DNA of 64,000 nt from Proteromonas lacertae. Its lineage: Eukaryota. The stretch is from the NCBI GenBank assembly GCA_002245135.1, contig NGBS01001164.1, forward strand, positions 62,001-126,000, in the 5' to 3' direction. Shown in pieces: positions 38,135-50,601 of this stretch; the stretch's first letter is position 1, and the number at the start of each line of letters is the position of its first letter. Below the pieces are notes generated by a model. It was given only the letters and a program-made list of their open reading frames with translations, was not told the origin of the DNA and searched no databases. Made by a program: the position numbers and the translations under genes.

Positions 38135-40354
38135 TTATCCTCTTCCACTTGATGGATTCGAAGATGTTGGAGAGCTTGGCTTGGGTGTTAGATTTGCTGT
38201 CAGTGACTGTTGTGTACCTGATCTGATATAAGATTTTCCATTTCCATCATCATATCCTGCCATTGTGTTCTGCCATTTTGTAACAACTCCAGTAGCCATA
38301 CTTTCATTACGATAACTTGAACTAAACTCTTTATTACCATTGTTATTGTTATTATTAGCTAATTTCTGACCTGGCATATTTACTATAATAAAATTAACAA
38401 TAAATAACAATATATATATATATATATACATCTCAATTTACATCCACATCTTGGACAATATGTTAAATTCTTTGTTTCTGTAGCCTTCTCACTAGTAGCT
38501 CTCAATATTCTCAACAATTTAGGCCAGATGAATTCAAAACATATATAACAGCTCATTAATCCTAATATGGCACTTGTAAAGAATATAATGCTATCTGGTA
38601 ATGTGCTTAGAAGATGGACAATTAACAATATACAACATGCTACCATCATCATAAACTCAGCATGACCTAGTTCACGTGATTCATTGAATGCACTGTATGG
38701 AATTCCTTTGATTTTGTATGTATAATACACATCTAAAAACCATAACAAACCAAATAGAACAAAATAGAATATCTTTCCAAATAATGATAAATCAAGATAA
38801 TAGAAATATCTGGATTCATAATGTGGTGTTGTCCAAGTTGTATAATCACTACTTAATATTGGATGTCTATAAAATATTTGAAATAATCCTCGAGTTATTG
38901 AGTGCTTTGCAATAACAGAATGAATAATAATTACTATCATCATTATGAAGAAATAAACACAAGTGTAAAAACAGACAACTTCAGTTGGTAGTATAATACG
39001 ACGTAAATCTTGTGAGTTAAAGACGAAATGAATTCGAAGTGCTTTTGCTAATACACCACTAATTTAAATATATAAATAATAATATATATATATATATATA
39101 CATTAATATTAATGATACACCAATAAATAGAAATATAAAGAAAAAATAACCTAAAGTGTCACTACCATCTTTTATAGCTAATAAAAATGGTATTGAAATT
39201 GTACAAAATATTGTTCCAATTAATACCAACAGATCTAAAGCAGCACCACATCGTGTTAATACAGGATGCTTTCTGTGTTTCACTACTTTATACACTGTAT
39301 ATATCTCAATTAATAGTGGAATAAAGGTAAATACTCCAATCAATACATAACTGGATGTCTGTATTACTCTATAATCTTCCATTAGTATTGGCATTGGGAT
39401 TTCAGCTATTTATAGAATAATAATTATATATATACGTGCACAAAAGCCTAACTTAGTATTATCGTTTGGAACAACTACTAATCCAACATAATCATTAGTT
39501 AAACAAAAACCAGTTGAGCAATCAGCATCTTTTGTACATGATGTTGGTGTAACAGCTCTATTTTTATAATTAATAATATATATATACAATTGTCTTATTC
39601 TTATATCATCATTTAATCTATCATTATTATCATATCTCCATAAATGTTTATTATTATCCCACTTGTATAGATTATATGTATAACTGTTATCAATATTAAC
39701 AACAGTATCAACGTAAGGATAACTCTCAGTTAAGTCTTCTTTCTTATTATCTCTCCATAATATATATATTTCATTATTATTGTCATTCTCTTCAACAACT
39801 TTATTTATACATTCAATAATTGGATTTAAGATAATTATTATCTTACTAGAAACTGGTGTGTATGATAAAACTTGTTTAATATCATAACATGGTAAATAAA
39901 GTAATAAAATATCATATCTGAATGATTCAGGAAGGGAGGAAGGTGAGATGATTGAGTAAAATCGATCCGTGTATTTATCTGATAAAATCTGTGATAATTT
40001 TTGAGTTTCTTCTGTTTGGATGGAGTATAATATAATGTTCAACACAGTATTATTCTTTAGATAATCTTCAATCATTATAACAGTAGGATCTATTTCATGA
40101 TACTTGAATTTCTCTCCATTCTTTGTGTATTCTAAATTTCCTGATCTACAAAATGAAAAAGACGATTGGGATGTGGTTGATTGCTTTGATTGGAATGTTA
40201 TAAAATAATCCATAGAATTACACGATTTTATTTGATATCTATTATTGCTATTTTTTAGCATCGACGATTGAAGATGGTTTGAATATAAAACTGGCGTTGC
40301 ATGTGAATAATGTGTGAAAATTAGGACGATAAGTAACAGATAAAACCTTTTCAT
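38135..40354 (-). CDS. Class C (7tm_3)-like GPCR with secreted N-terminal domain
   Basis: Signal peptide; seven hydrophobic segments; KHRKHPVL after TM1 and KGIPYSAFNESRELG before TM6 (FNES signature). Confidence 0.75.
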
Positions 40355-40462
40355 ACTGTATTATATAATAAATTGATTAATTTACGATTAAAAAACAATA
40401 TAACGACAAATAAAAAGGCTTGATTTGGTTTGTTCTTTGAAAATATAATTTTGTTTTTTTTG

Positions 40463-41198
40463 ATGGAACAAAAGGATTGAATTGGTATTATAAATAAATA
40501 TTAATATAGTTTAGGATTATGCACCATCATATCTTGGAACAAAAGAGCATTGGGAAGAAGTCTATAATACAGAATTGAAAAATTTTAAAGAATTTGGTGA
40601 TGAAGGCGATGTATGGTATGGAGAGCAAGTTACAAATATGATAAAAGATTGGTATTAATAGATTATAGTTATTTGAATAATTAGGATAGTAAATGAAGGA
40701 TACATATCACCAGAAGATGATGTACTTGACATTGGTTGTGGCAATGCAGTAATTTTGAATGGTTTAGCAGAAGAAGGCTTTTCAAATTTATGTGGAATGG
40801 ATTATGTAGAGAAAGCAGTAGAATTAGCAAAAGAAATATCCCAAACAAATGGACACAATATAAAGTTCTATCAAGATGATATACTAAATTTGAGAGAAAA
40901 AGAAAAGAAATATAAACTTGTAATTGATAAAGGAACACTCGATGCAATACTTTTAACACCAAATGTATCACGAACAGATCTTTTAGTGCCTTATCTAGAG
41001 TCTTTATCATTCTTAATAAAGACAAATGGATATTTCATCATCACTTCTTGTAATATGACTTTAGAGCAAATAAAGCAATGTTTTCCTAAAGAATATCATT
41101 TTATTGATACTATCAATTATCCTACATATTCCTTTGGAGGTTCACAAGGAAGTACAGCAAGTACAGCAATTTATAAATACCAACCCGAAAGTCAATAA
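40463..41198 (+). CDS. EEF1AKMT2: eEF1A lysine methyltransferase 2 (Efm4/METTL10); apparent 1-nt phase defect in exon 1
   Basis: PSYLGTKEHWEEVYNTELKNFKEFGDEGDVWYGE, VLDIGCGN, IDKGTLDAI, ITSCNMT, YPTYSFGGSQG. Confidence 0.85.
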
Positions 41199-41252
41199 AC
41201 ATTTATAATAGCAATAAACAAATGTAAAATAAAAATATTTAGTATTATTTAC

Positions 41253-41962
41253 TTAATCTGATTCTGTTGGTGCATCTTCGTCAACTTTGACTTTTTCTTT
41301 TTTTGTATGATGTTTTTGTTTCTTCTCAGCTTTTGCATCTCCATCACTCATTGATTCTTTGTGTTTATGATGGTGTTTTTTCTTCTTCTCAGCTTTTGTT
41401 GGGGAAGATTCAACGGGTTTCGATTCAATTGTTACTTTTGGTATTACAGGTGCTGGTTCAACAGCTTTCTTGCTTTTGGATGGAGTTTTTGCTTTAGTAT
41501 CTGGTTTTCTTTCAGCATCTGGATGATCTTGATAAAACTTGTCTTTTGCAAGTTCTTTGAATTTTATATGTTGTGACTCTGGTAATGCTTGCCATTCTTT
41601 AGCAGCATCTTTAAATATTGTTTTATTATCTAGGTGTTTGTTCTGTTCTCTAAATGTCTTCAAAAAGAACTGATCTATTTGCAAATAAGAATATAGTATT
41701 GAATACATCCTGATAATGGTTGTGGTTCTCTGACTATTTTCTGTTTTTTTACTTTTATTTCACCAAATGGAACAGATGCTATAAACTTCTTTATTTTACC
41801 CATGTCTTTGCCAACCTGAGTAAAAGTTGATTCCCATCTGGTTAGTATTTCAACAATTTCTTGAGGGTTGAATTGTTCTCTAGTTCTTTTGACTTTTTTC
41901 GTTTCTTCTTCAGCTTCACTTGAACCGTCAACACTCATTTTCCTTGAAATATCTTTAGACAT
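41253..41962 (-). CDS. HMG-box-like protein with Lys-rich tail
   Basis: PQPLSG|YQFFLKTFREQNKHL..IFKDAAKEWQALPESQHIKF. Confidence 0.65.
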
Positions 41963-42152
41963 CACAAAAAACAAACAATCAAAATTTGAAACTGTCAAGC
42001 CTAAATGCCATTATCGTCAAGCCTTGACTTTTTTTATTATACACTGTTTTCTCTTATTTGATTTGTAAGTGTGGTATTTTTGATTATAATTAAGTTATAT
42101 TAACAAACATATTTAACATGAAGGTAATAAAAATAAATAATATTACTATTAT

Positions 42153-43083
42153 TTAACAACATCCTGAATTTTTGTCTGTTTTTGGATTCTTTTCACCATC
42201 TACTAATATAGTGCCCTTAGTATCACTAAGAGCATGTTCTAATTCCTGGTTATTTAATTTAGAAACTTCCCATTTTCTTCCAGTTTTCTGTAACGCGTCT
42301 CTGTCTCTTTCTAATTTAATTTCCAATTGAGATATCTGTTTGGCATTCACATTACTACTTCTGTAGTGTTGAATTTTCTCTTCTAGCTGTCTAATCTCTT
42401 TTTCTAACTTACATGCTTCAGTAAAACTATCTTGTGTTATTCCATCAACAGTCTTAATTTTATCAGCAATACATCTGAATATTTCTTTGATATTTTCACC
42501 TGTTTTAGCTGATACTTCATAAAACTGTAATCCATTCGAATCACAATAAGATCTTGGTTCTGCTGATGCTACAGTACGTTGTTCTTCCAAATCCAATTTA
42601 TTTCCGCACAAAACAACAATTACACTTGATTTTGATTCTTTTTTCATCTCCTCAACCCATTGTTGCGCTCCATTATATGAATCCATACTTGTAATATCAT
42701 AAACAACTATTGCTGCTGCTGTACCTCGATAATACATTGGTGCTAAAGCTCGATATCTTTCTATTTCATAAATATAATGTGTTTATAATACCTTGCCCTG
42801 CTGTATCCCATATCTGGAATTTTACTGTCCTACTGTCAACTGTATATGAGTGTGTTATAAAGCCAGCTAATCAATTTTATTAACAGAATCATACCTCCTA
42901 CTGTTGGTGCAAGGTGCTCTTCAAACTTGTCTTTAACAAACCTATTAACTATTGTAGATTTGCCTACTCCTGAATCTCCTAACAGGACTAGCTTTATCTA
43001 AAATAAATTAGAAAATGTGTTTTGTTATAATATATAAATATATTTAATACTGTATCACTTGCTGCTTCCGGTGCAGAGCTCAT
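42153..43083 (-). CDS. Rab5/Rab22-family small GTPase with extended C-terminus
   Basis: [45 protein letters not shown], terminal CC. Confidence 0.88.
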
Positions 43084-43186
43084 AAAAATCGAGAAATAGT
43101 AATATTTTTTGATCTTCAAGCTCGATTGTGTCAAGCTTTGATTTTTCTTTTTTACTTAATTAATCTCTATTCCAGTGTGAATAATA

Positions 43187-44620
43187 ATGTCAGACTCTGA
43201 TGAATATGAATATGAATACGAAGACGATGAAGAGGAAGACCAAGGTGCAATTAATATAGAGAACCAGTTTTATGAAGCTGAGAAATGTGAAGATCCTACC
43301 GAAGCAATTAAACAATTCCAAGCAGTAGTTGATCAGGAAAAAGATTTACCCCAAAAGAACTGGTATGTTTTTTTACAGCATAATCTACTAGGACGTTCCA
43401 ATGCTTCTATAATATGGTTCAACATTACTTTAAACTAGGAAAAATGAATGAAATGCAGCAAGCTTACAGTCAAATGTTGGATAATATTGATTCAGCAACA
43501 AGAAATGATTCTAACGCTTCTATATTTAAGTATTCAGCATTTAGCATAATATAAATGAAATAGAATTTTGAATATGATAAATTCAAAAGAGCAAATATAT
43601 ATTGACATGTTAAATGAATCAATAAAAGTATGTGAATCTCATGGACATGATAGAACCAAAGTTCAATTATTATTATTAAAAGCAAATAAATATTTCAATG
43701 ACAATGATCAAAAGCAAACACTTGAAACATGTAATATCATATCTGAGATATGTAAAAGTGATAAATCTTTAGATAATGTTTTAATTGAAGTTTATGCAAT
43801 TATGATGCAAGTATAAATAAATTTATTTATTTTATCATAGATTGCATATAAATGTAAGAATAACATAGAAATTGATCGATTATATAATTTAGCATTAGCA
43901 TCTAGTAACTCAAACAACAAAGCTATTGCAACTATAAGAGAAATAGGAGGATTATATCACATGGAAAAACAAGAATATTCTGTAGCTTATAGTGACTTCT
44001 TTGAAGCATTAAAGAGATATCAAGAAGCTGGTTTAGATACAGCTAGAAAATGTTTAATTTATTTACTGATGGCAAATATTTTAGATGAAAATTCAATTGA
44101 TCCATTTACATCAAGAGAAGCACAATTATATTCAAATGATAAAATGATTGTTCCAATGAAAGAATTAAGAGCAAATTATGAAGCTAATGATTTAATATCA
44201 TTTAGAAATACATTGAATAATTCTGCATTAGCAGATGATTCATTTGTACAGAAATATAGTGCTGTATTAATTGAACAAATGAGTAGAACTTGGATTGAAA
44301 AATCATGTCATATATTTAATGTTTTAAAGATTGAATATATCTGTGGTGTTATTAAGAAAACTCAACATGATACTGAATTGATTATTAGAGAATTAATTGT
44401 AAGTGAAAAGATTGATGCTTATATTAATCAACTTGAAAATGTATTGGTTATTAATCACAATGAAGATCAACAAGATGAAATTAGAATTAAGAATAAGAAA
44501 TATATTGAGTTTAAGAATTTCACTAACAAATATATATCTGCAATTAATTCTCTTAGTTCAAAATTATCTAATATTGAAAAGATAAAAGCTCATAGAATTG
44601 AAATTGATAAGAGATATTAA
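43187..44620 (+). CDS. COPS2: COP9 signalosome subunit 2 (PCI domain)
   Basis: Acidic N-terminus DEYEYEYEDD..IENQFYEA; IREIGG..HM..AYSDFFEA..YQEAG; IDPFTSREA..Y. Confidence 0.8.
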
Positions 44621-45331
44621 AATTTGATAAATATAACACTTTTCTTTATTATATGTTGTGTAAGTTTGATTAAAACGATGAGAGAATATCGAATCGATAT
44701 ATATGCCGTACATTTATATAATCTCATCTAACTTCGATATTTATCTCACAGATTCAAGCAAATATTACTTGTATGAGAAATGCATAAATAAATAGATTGT
44801 AGTAATGATCTATGCCATAGAATAAAATTTGTACATTTTTGAACATTATGGAAATATGCTGATAATTAGTCTGAATCAATTGTGAATTATTAAATTTATA
44901 CCTATTCAGTTATAAAAGGGTAAGAGATTAAAGAATGAAATCACTCTAAAGATTCACAAAACATATTACCGTATTTTAATGCACTATATGAGATGAACTT
45001 ATATTAATATAACATTCATCTTGCTTAGTCTCAGTCTGTCCAATAGAAAATTGTTTTTCTAAGAGACACATTTTCTGTTTTCGGAAAGATATAAGCATAC
45101 ACTTTGTATTTCACAAATATTCATTAACATAATAACACTATTTAACATTATAAAAGAGAATAAAAAATTTGATGTGTTATAAAAAATAAAAATTCTTAAA
45201 TAGGATATTTGTATATTACTATTCAAAAATTCAATTACCCCCTTTTTGGTTTGATAGAAGCTTGTGATCACATTTATTTTAAATACTGCTACAGATCATT
45301 TGGCTATAGATATACTTTGAATAATATTTTA

Positions 45332-46817
45332 ATGTCTAATAATCAACCAAAATCTAGCGATTCTAAGACTTCTGAAGTTGTTCTACCTCTAGATGCCAAA
45401 TCTCCACTTTATAAAACTGGTATGACTTTAAATTAAATATCTTACATATAGAACTCTGTAAAAAATTTATGGAATATGGATTTTGTAAATATGGGGATAA
45501 ATGTCAGTTTGCTCACGGTAAAGACCAATTAAGACAAACACAAAAGCATCCTAAATATAAAACTGAAAAGTGCAAATCATTTTGGGCAACAGGAAGCTGT
45601 AGGTATGGTACAAGGTGCAAATTCTTACATGATGAACAATTCGATTCCAATGGACAAATTATTGAAAAAGATCCTTACCAATTCCCATCCCCCTCTCGTC
45701 CAGCACCTGTACAATCGAGAATACCTTATCAAGATCCATATTACCAAGACTATAATAAATACTCACCACCAACTATGTATAATAATCCAAATTCATTCAA
45801 ACAATCTCCATTACAACAAATCTCTCAAGCTCCACTAATAATTCCAGCGTTTTATCCAAATCCTAACAATATTTATGATACTTTATCAAATCAGCCACAA
45901 TCATCCATACAACAACAACAAACACAATCTCCTCCTCTAGGATTGATCACTGAACCATATAATAACTATGAACAATTATATGAGTATATATATATATATA
46001 TATATAATTGTAATATAGAATAAATTATGACATATATCAACAACAACAACAACAACCAGATATTGATCCTACTAAAATGTTATCTCCATCTCCACAACCA
46101 GATATGACATGGGAAGAATTGCAAACCTCTCAAACTTCATTATTAAGTAGTACTTCATGTAAATCACCAGCTTCACCACCATTATCATCTACAAACAGTA
46201 GTAGCAATATAATATCACCTTCACCACCATTGCCAAGCAATAATAATCCAAATACAGCAACTGCTACTAATACTACTGCTTCACAACAACAACATCCACC
46301 ACTGATTCCTGGTAGAAAATATGGAATGACGAAAGATACACTTCATAATTATGGTTATCAAACAGCTGGTTCATATGAAATAAGGAAATCAAGTTGGGGA
46401 CCTGATACAATGCTTACATCTGAAGAAATGATTGGAGTGAATAGGAAAAGGACTTGGCCTATGAGAAGTATAAGAGAAGAGGATCAATTAAATGAAGATA
46501 TGGAGAATATGAGTATAAATAATCCAGCTAGTAGTGGTGATGAAATGATGATGTATATGGATGATGGTAGTAGGTATAATCCTATCACAGGTACTCGATT
46601 ACCAATATTTTTGACATTAGCTGCTGATTCACCCCCTCCACCTCCTTCTATACAGCCACAGCCACAACAATCGTATATACCTGTGATTGTACATTCACCA
46701 CCTACTAATAGTGCAGTATCATCACCAACAAAAAATGGAAATAATAATAGCAATAATAATGGTGGAGATGATACTCAGAATAATAATAGTCAGCAACAAT
46801 CCTATCCACTTTTTTGA
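45332..46817 (+). CDS. Tandem CCCH zinc-finger (ZFP36/tristetraprolin-like) RNA-binding protein
   Basis: [60 protein letters not shown] motif near the C-terminus. Confidence 0.9.
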
Positions 46818-47002
46818 ATATATATATTTATATATTTATTATCTGAGATTTAGATATGTTTATTATTATGTTATGTTATTATTATTGGTTTAATATCTTT
46901 ATAGTTCTTACTTGTTTGTTTGAGACTTTTAATAATCTACTATAGAAGCACATTTTACTACAAATCAAGTATCAAACTCTTTAACTTAAAATTCTTTGAT
47001 AA

Positions 47003-49088
47003 ATGTCTAAAGATACAAGACGTGCATCACAGAGTGATGAATTTGTAATTACAATGAGCAATAAATTGGAATATGGAGATAAAGGTATTGAAAGATCCTT
47101 GAGTTACAATGATTTGTCTTTTTTATCAGATAATAATATTGATGGTATAAAAATATATTAAAATGATTATAGAAACAGATGAATGTATTTTCTTTAAGAG
47201 TATAAAACATCTTGTGTAATCAATAGGTGGAACAATGGATAATGATTTTAGTCGTAAAGAACAATATACCCTAGATGAAAACATTCTTAAATCATCAGAG
47301 TCTGATATATTTACTCCAATTTCTCTAAGACATCGTTCATTTGGAAAAGAAGAAAAAGAATCTGATGTATAATAATAATATTAATTATGTATAAAACAAA
47401 ATAGAAAGAAAAACAAGATAATGTATTCTTCCATCCACACTCAACCTTTGTAATTCTATTCAATATTTATCTCACAATAGTAATTATAATTCATTCCTAT
47501 ACTGTTCCATTCATTGTCTCATTTACTGATAATCACCTTTCCAAAGCAGAAACAATATGGGAAACAATTACTAAAATAACATATGTTTTAGATATTTTTA
47601 TGTGGTTTAATACTGGAATTCATCATCATGGTGGAAGTATTGAAATGGAGAAAAACAAAGTTAGAATGCATTATATTAAATCATGGTTATTAATTGATGT
47701 ATTAGCTGCGCTTCCTATTAATTTTGTTATTCACTTTTTTTATAGTTTTCCAGTTGATACTGAATCATGGAGAGAACCACATTTTATGTTATTATTTCGA
47801 TGTCTTACCTTGATAAAATTGGTAAAAATAAAAGTCACATGTGAAATATCATATTTGGCATCAAAAATTTCATTCATATCAGACTATAGACATAGTCTAC
47901 AACAATTTATTGTATTGTTTATTCACATATTTTGGATGTTACATGTTGGAAGTTGCTTATTCTTTCAAATAGCTTGTTATTCAAGAGATTTAGGATATTA
48001 TACTGTATTAGATAAAGCAAATATAGCAGAATCAACTCCATTTGATAGTTATGTAGCGTTATTATACTGGGCAATGGAAACTTTAGAAGTTGGTTTTGGT
48101 GATATTACAGGTCAATCAACACCTGAGAGAGTATATAGCGTGTTTTTTATGTTAATTGGAAGTATGATTTATGCATATTTATTATCGAATTTGATTGGTA
48201 TTATGAAAGGAAAAGAAAAGGAACAAGTATGTATATTATGTCATTTTTATTTTTTAGTTTAATAAACAACATGAATATGATAGAATAAACAAATATTTGG
48301 AGTTTAGAAATATTCCACAAAGATTAAAGGCTAAAGTTAGAACAGTATATATAGAAAAGTATAGTAATAAAAACTGGAAAGTGCATTTTGAAAATGAAAG
48401 ATCAATTCTCAAAGAATTACCATATCCTTTAAAGAATAAAATTATATTAGAAGTCAATAAACAAGTTGTAGATTCTGTTAAATTCTTACAATCTACAGAT
48501 CAGTATTTCATTTCCAAATTAGTTAAAAATATTGGAGAGTTTTATTATGCACCAAATGAAATAATTACTCCTTATAGAGCTTGGGAGAATCAAGTTTATA
48601 TAATATCAAAAGGAATTATTTCACTATACACATATGAAGGTAAATTAATTAAAGAATATAGTAATGATTCTTATTTTGGAACAATGTTTCTGTTGTTTCC
48701 TCAAGAATGTCCAATTATAATAGCTAGTCAGACGTATAGTAATATTAGAACAATAGATAGAGACCATCTTGATGAAGTATTAGATTTATATCCAAAATAT
48801 AAAGTCAGTGTGATGAATGAGTTAGAAAAAGAAGCAAGTACTGAAGAAGCAATGATTAGGAGAGTGTCAATATTGAAATCTTCTGAATCTTTTCTAACAA
48901 TGAAAAAGAATTCTAGAAAATATGGTAGTTTTATTAACAATAATAGTAGTAGTAATGCTATAGATAAACAATATTCTTCTCCATTATCTCCTGTTGTTGA
49001 TGAAAATAAAAAAGAAGAAATAGATGATTTAGTTATAAAAATATGTAAAAATTTAGGAATAGATGGTTTTAGATTATTAACAAAATGA
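47003..49088 (+). CDS. Cyclic-nucleotide-binding-domain (CNBD/KCNH-like) 6TM cation channel
   Basis: FHPHS, DIFMWFNTG, HYIKSWLLIDVLAALP, pore LYWAMETLEVGFGDI, C-linker and CNBD-like tail; 4 introns. Confidence 0.85.
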
Positions 49089-49104
49089 ATATTTAATTTT
49101 TAGT

Positions 49105-49686
49105 TTATTTGTGTTTTATTAATTTCAGAAATACTTTCTTAAAAGTGTTTATATCTTCATCAGTAATACCTATTGCAGCAGCAACTGTCATATAAACATG
49201 CGGATAATCATCAATATGACTTCCATAACTTTTAAAGTTTATTCCACACACTTCTTTATTACTACTTGGAACAACAACTCTAGATCCTGTTACACATCTT
49301 GTAAAGAGCTGAGATCCAAATTCAGTTGGATTTGACAATGTATCTAGTGTTATACCCATTGATATATCATTATGTGGAACTTTTAACACTTTTTCACCCA
49401 TTTCTGAAGCTAATTCTATTATTGTACTATGAAGCTTCTCATACATTACTTTTCTATTCTTTAACAATTCTAAATATTTGTTTTTCCCCATTGATAATAG
49501 TGTAATTAATACATCAAGTGTAGCATCTCCACTTGCTCTACCAGGATAAGTATTTCCAAATTTATCAACAATCATTTCGTTGGGTGAATAAACAATTGAG
49601 CCACCAACAGGAACCATGAAGTTTTTATCTAAAGAGGAGATGATTAAATCAACTCTACCTACTCTGCAAGACTATTTTATATAATA

Positions 49687-49724
<38 letters not shown>

Positions 49725-50559
49725 TTCATTTACTAAATGACAAGATTTGCTACTTTGAATTCCATATGCATTATTAATAACATGAGGAATATCATATTCT
49801 TTACATATTTTAGATATTTCTATCACATTATCAGGAGTACGAGGAGCAAAACAACTGGTGGTAGATAATACACATAATATATTCTCAGGTTTTAATCTTA
49901 ATATCTCAGATTTGATTAATTCTATATTGGTTGATAATTCATCTTCGTTGATTAGATTTGGTATGATTATTGGTTCATATCCTGATGTTATTATACATTT
50001 TAAACACGTTTTTTGATCTATTCTTGGCCATATAACATATCTTGCTGATGGTCGAGATGATTTCAATGATAACATTGATAATGTCATTGACATTCCAGTC
50101 GCCATTGGAATTACACAACATTTCTTTATTAGATTCATTCCACTAATTCGTAATACATTTAACACTATTGCATTAGTCAATTTATTTAAAAGCGATGATC
50201 CTGCTGCCTTTGGTTGTATTTCTGTCACATCTCCTGAACGACCAATTCCATGAGCAAAATTGTAATGTCTTCTTTTTACCAATGAACTATAGACCCTACC
50301 TTCTCTTTCTCCAACACCACAATTATCTATATAATTATTTGTGTCCATCATTGATAATTGGTCTAAAAAATATCTAATTATTTTATATTAATTTTCATTA
50401 ATACTCAATAGTTGAATCACTCCATCCTTCATCTGGTAATGATCTTTGAGAAAGTAAATTACTTATCAATTTATCTCTTCTTGCTATTGCTTCTTTTCCT
50501 TGGGTAAGATAGGTCTTTGGAACTAATGATTCAGCATAAACTATTGTTTTATCATTCAT
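49105..50559 (-). CDS. SEPSECS: O-phosphoseryl-tRNA(Sec) selenium transferase
   Basis: [79 protein letters not shown]. Confidence 0.95.
49691..49723. repeat. (AT)16 microsatellite inside a SepSecS intron
   Basis: Direct reading; the intron at 49672-49724 is 53 nt versus the usual ~30 nt. Confidence 0.9.
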
Positions 50560-50601
50560 TTTCACTAATTTTGAAACGAATATATTTTTATATATTTAAA
50601 A

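Noticed and set aside
40478..40480. TGA as selenocysteine in EEF1AKMT2
   Set aside because: Readthrough would still leave exon 1 out of phase with exon 2, and the position is not a conserved Cys.
44621..45331. Hidden gene or ncRNA in the 700-bp spacer before the CCCH gene
   Set aside because: I could not build a consistent spliced frame or a stable structure; it is likely promoter and 5' UTR.
46818..46900. AU-rich elements for autoregulation of the ZFP36-like gene
   Set aside because: TATTTAT words are ubiquitous in this AT-rich genome, so they are uninformative.
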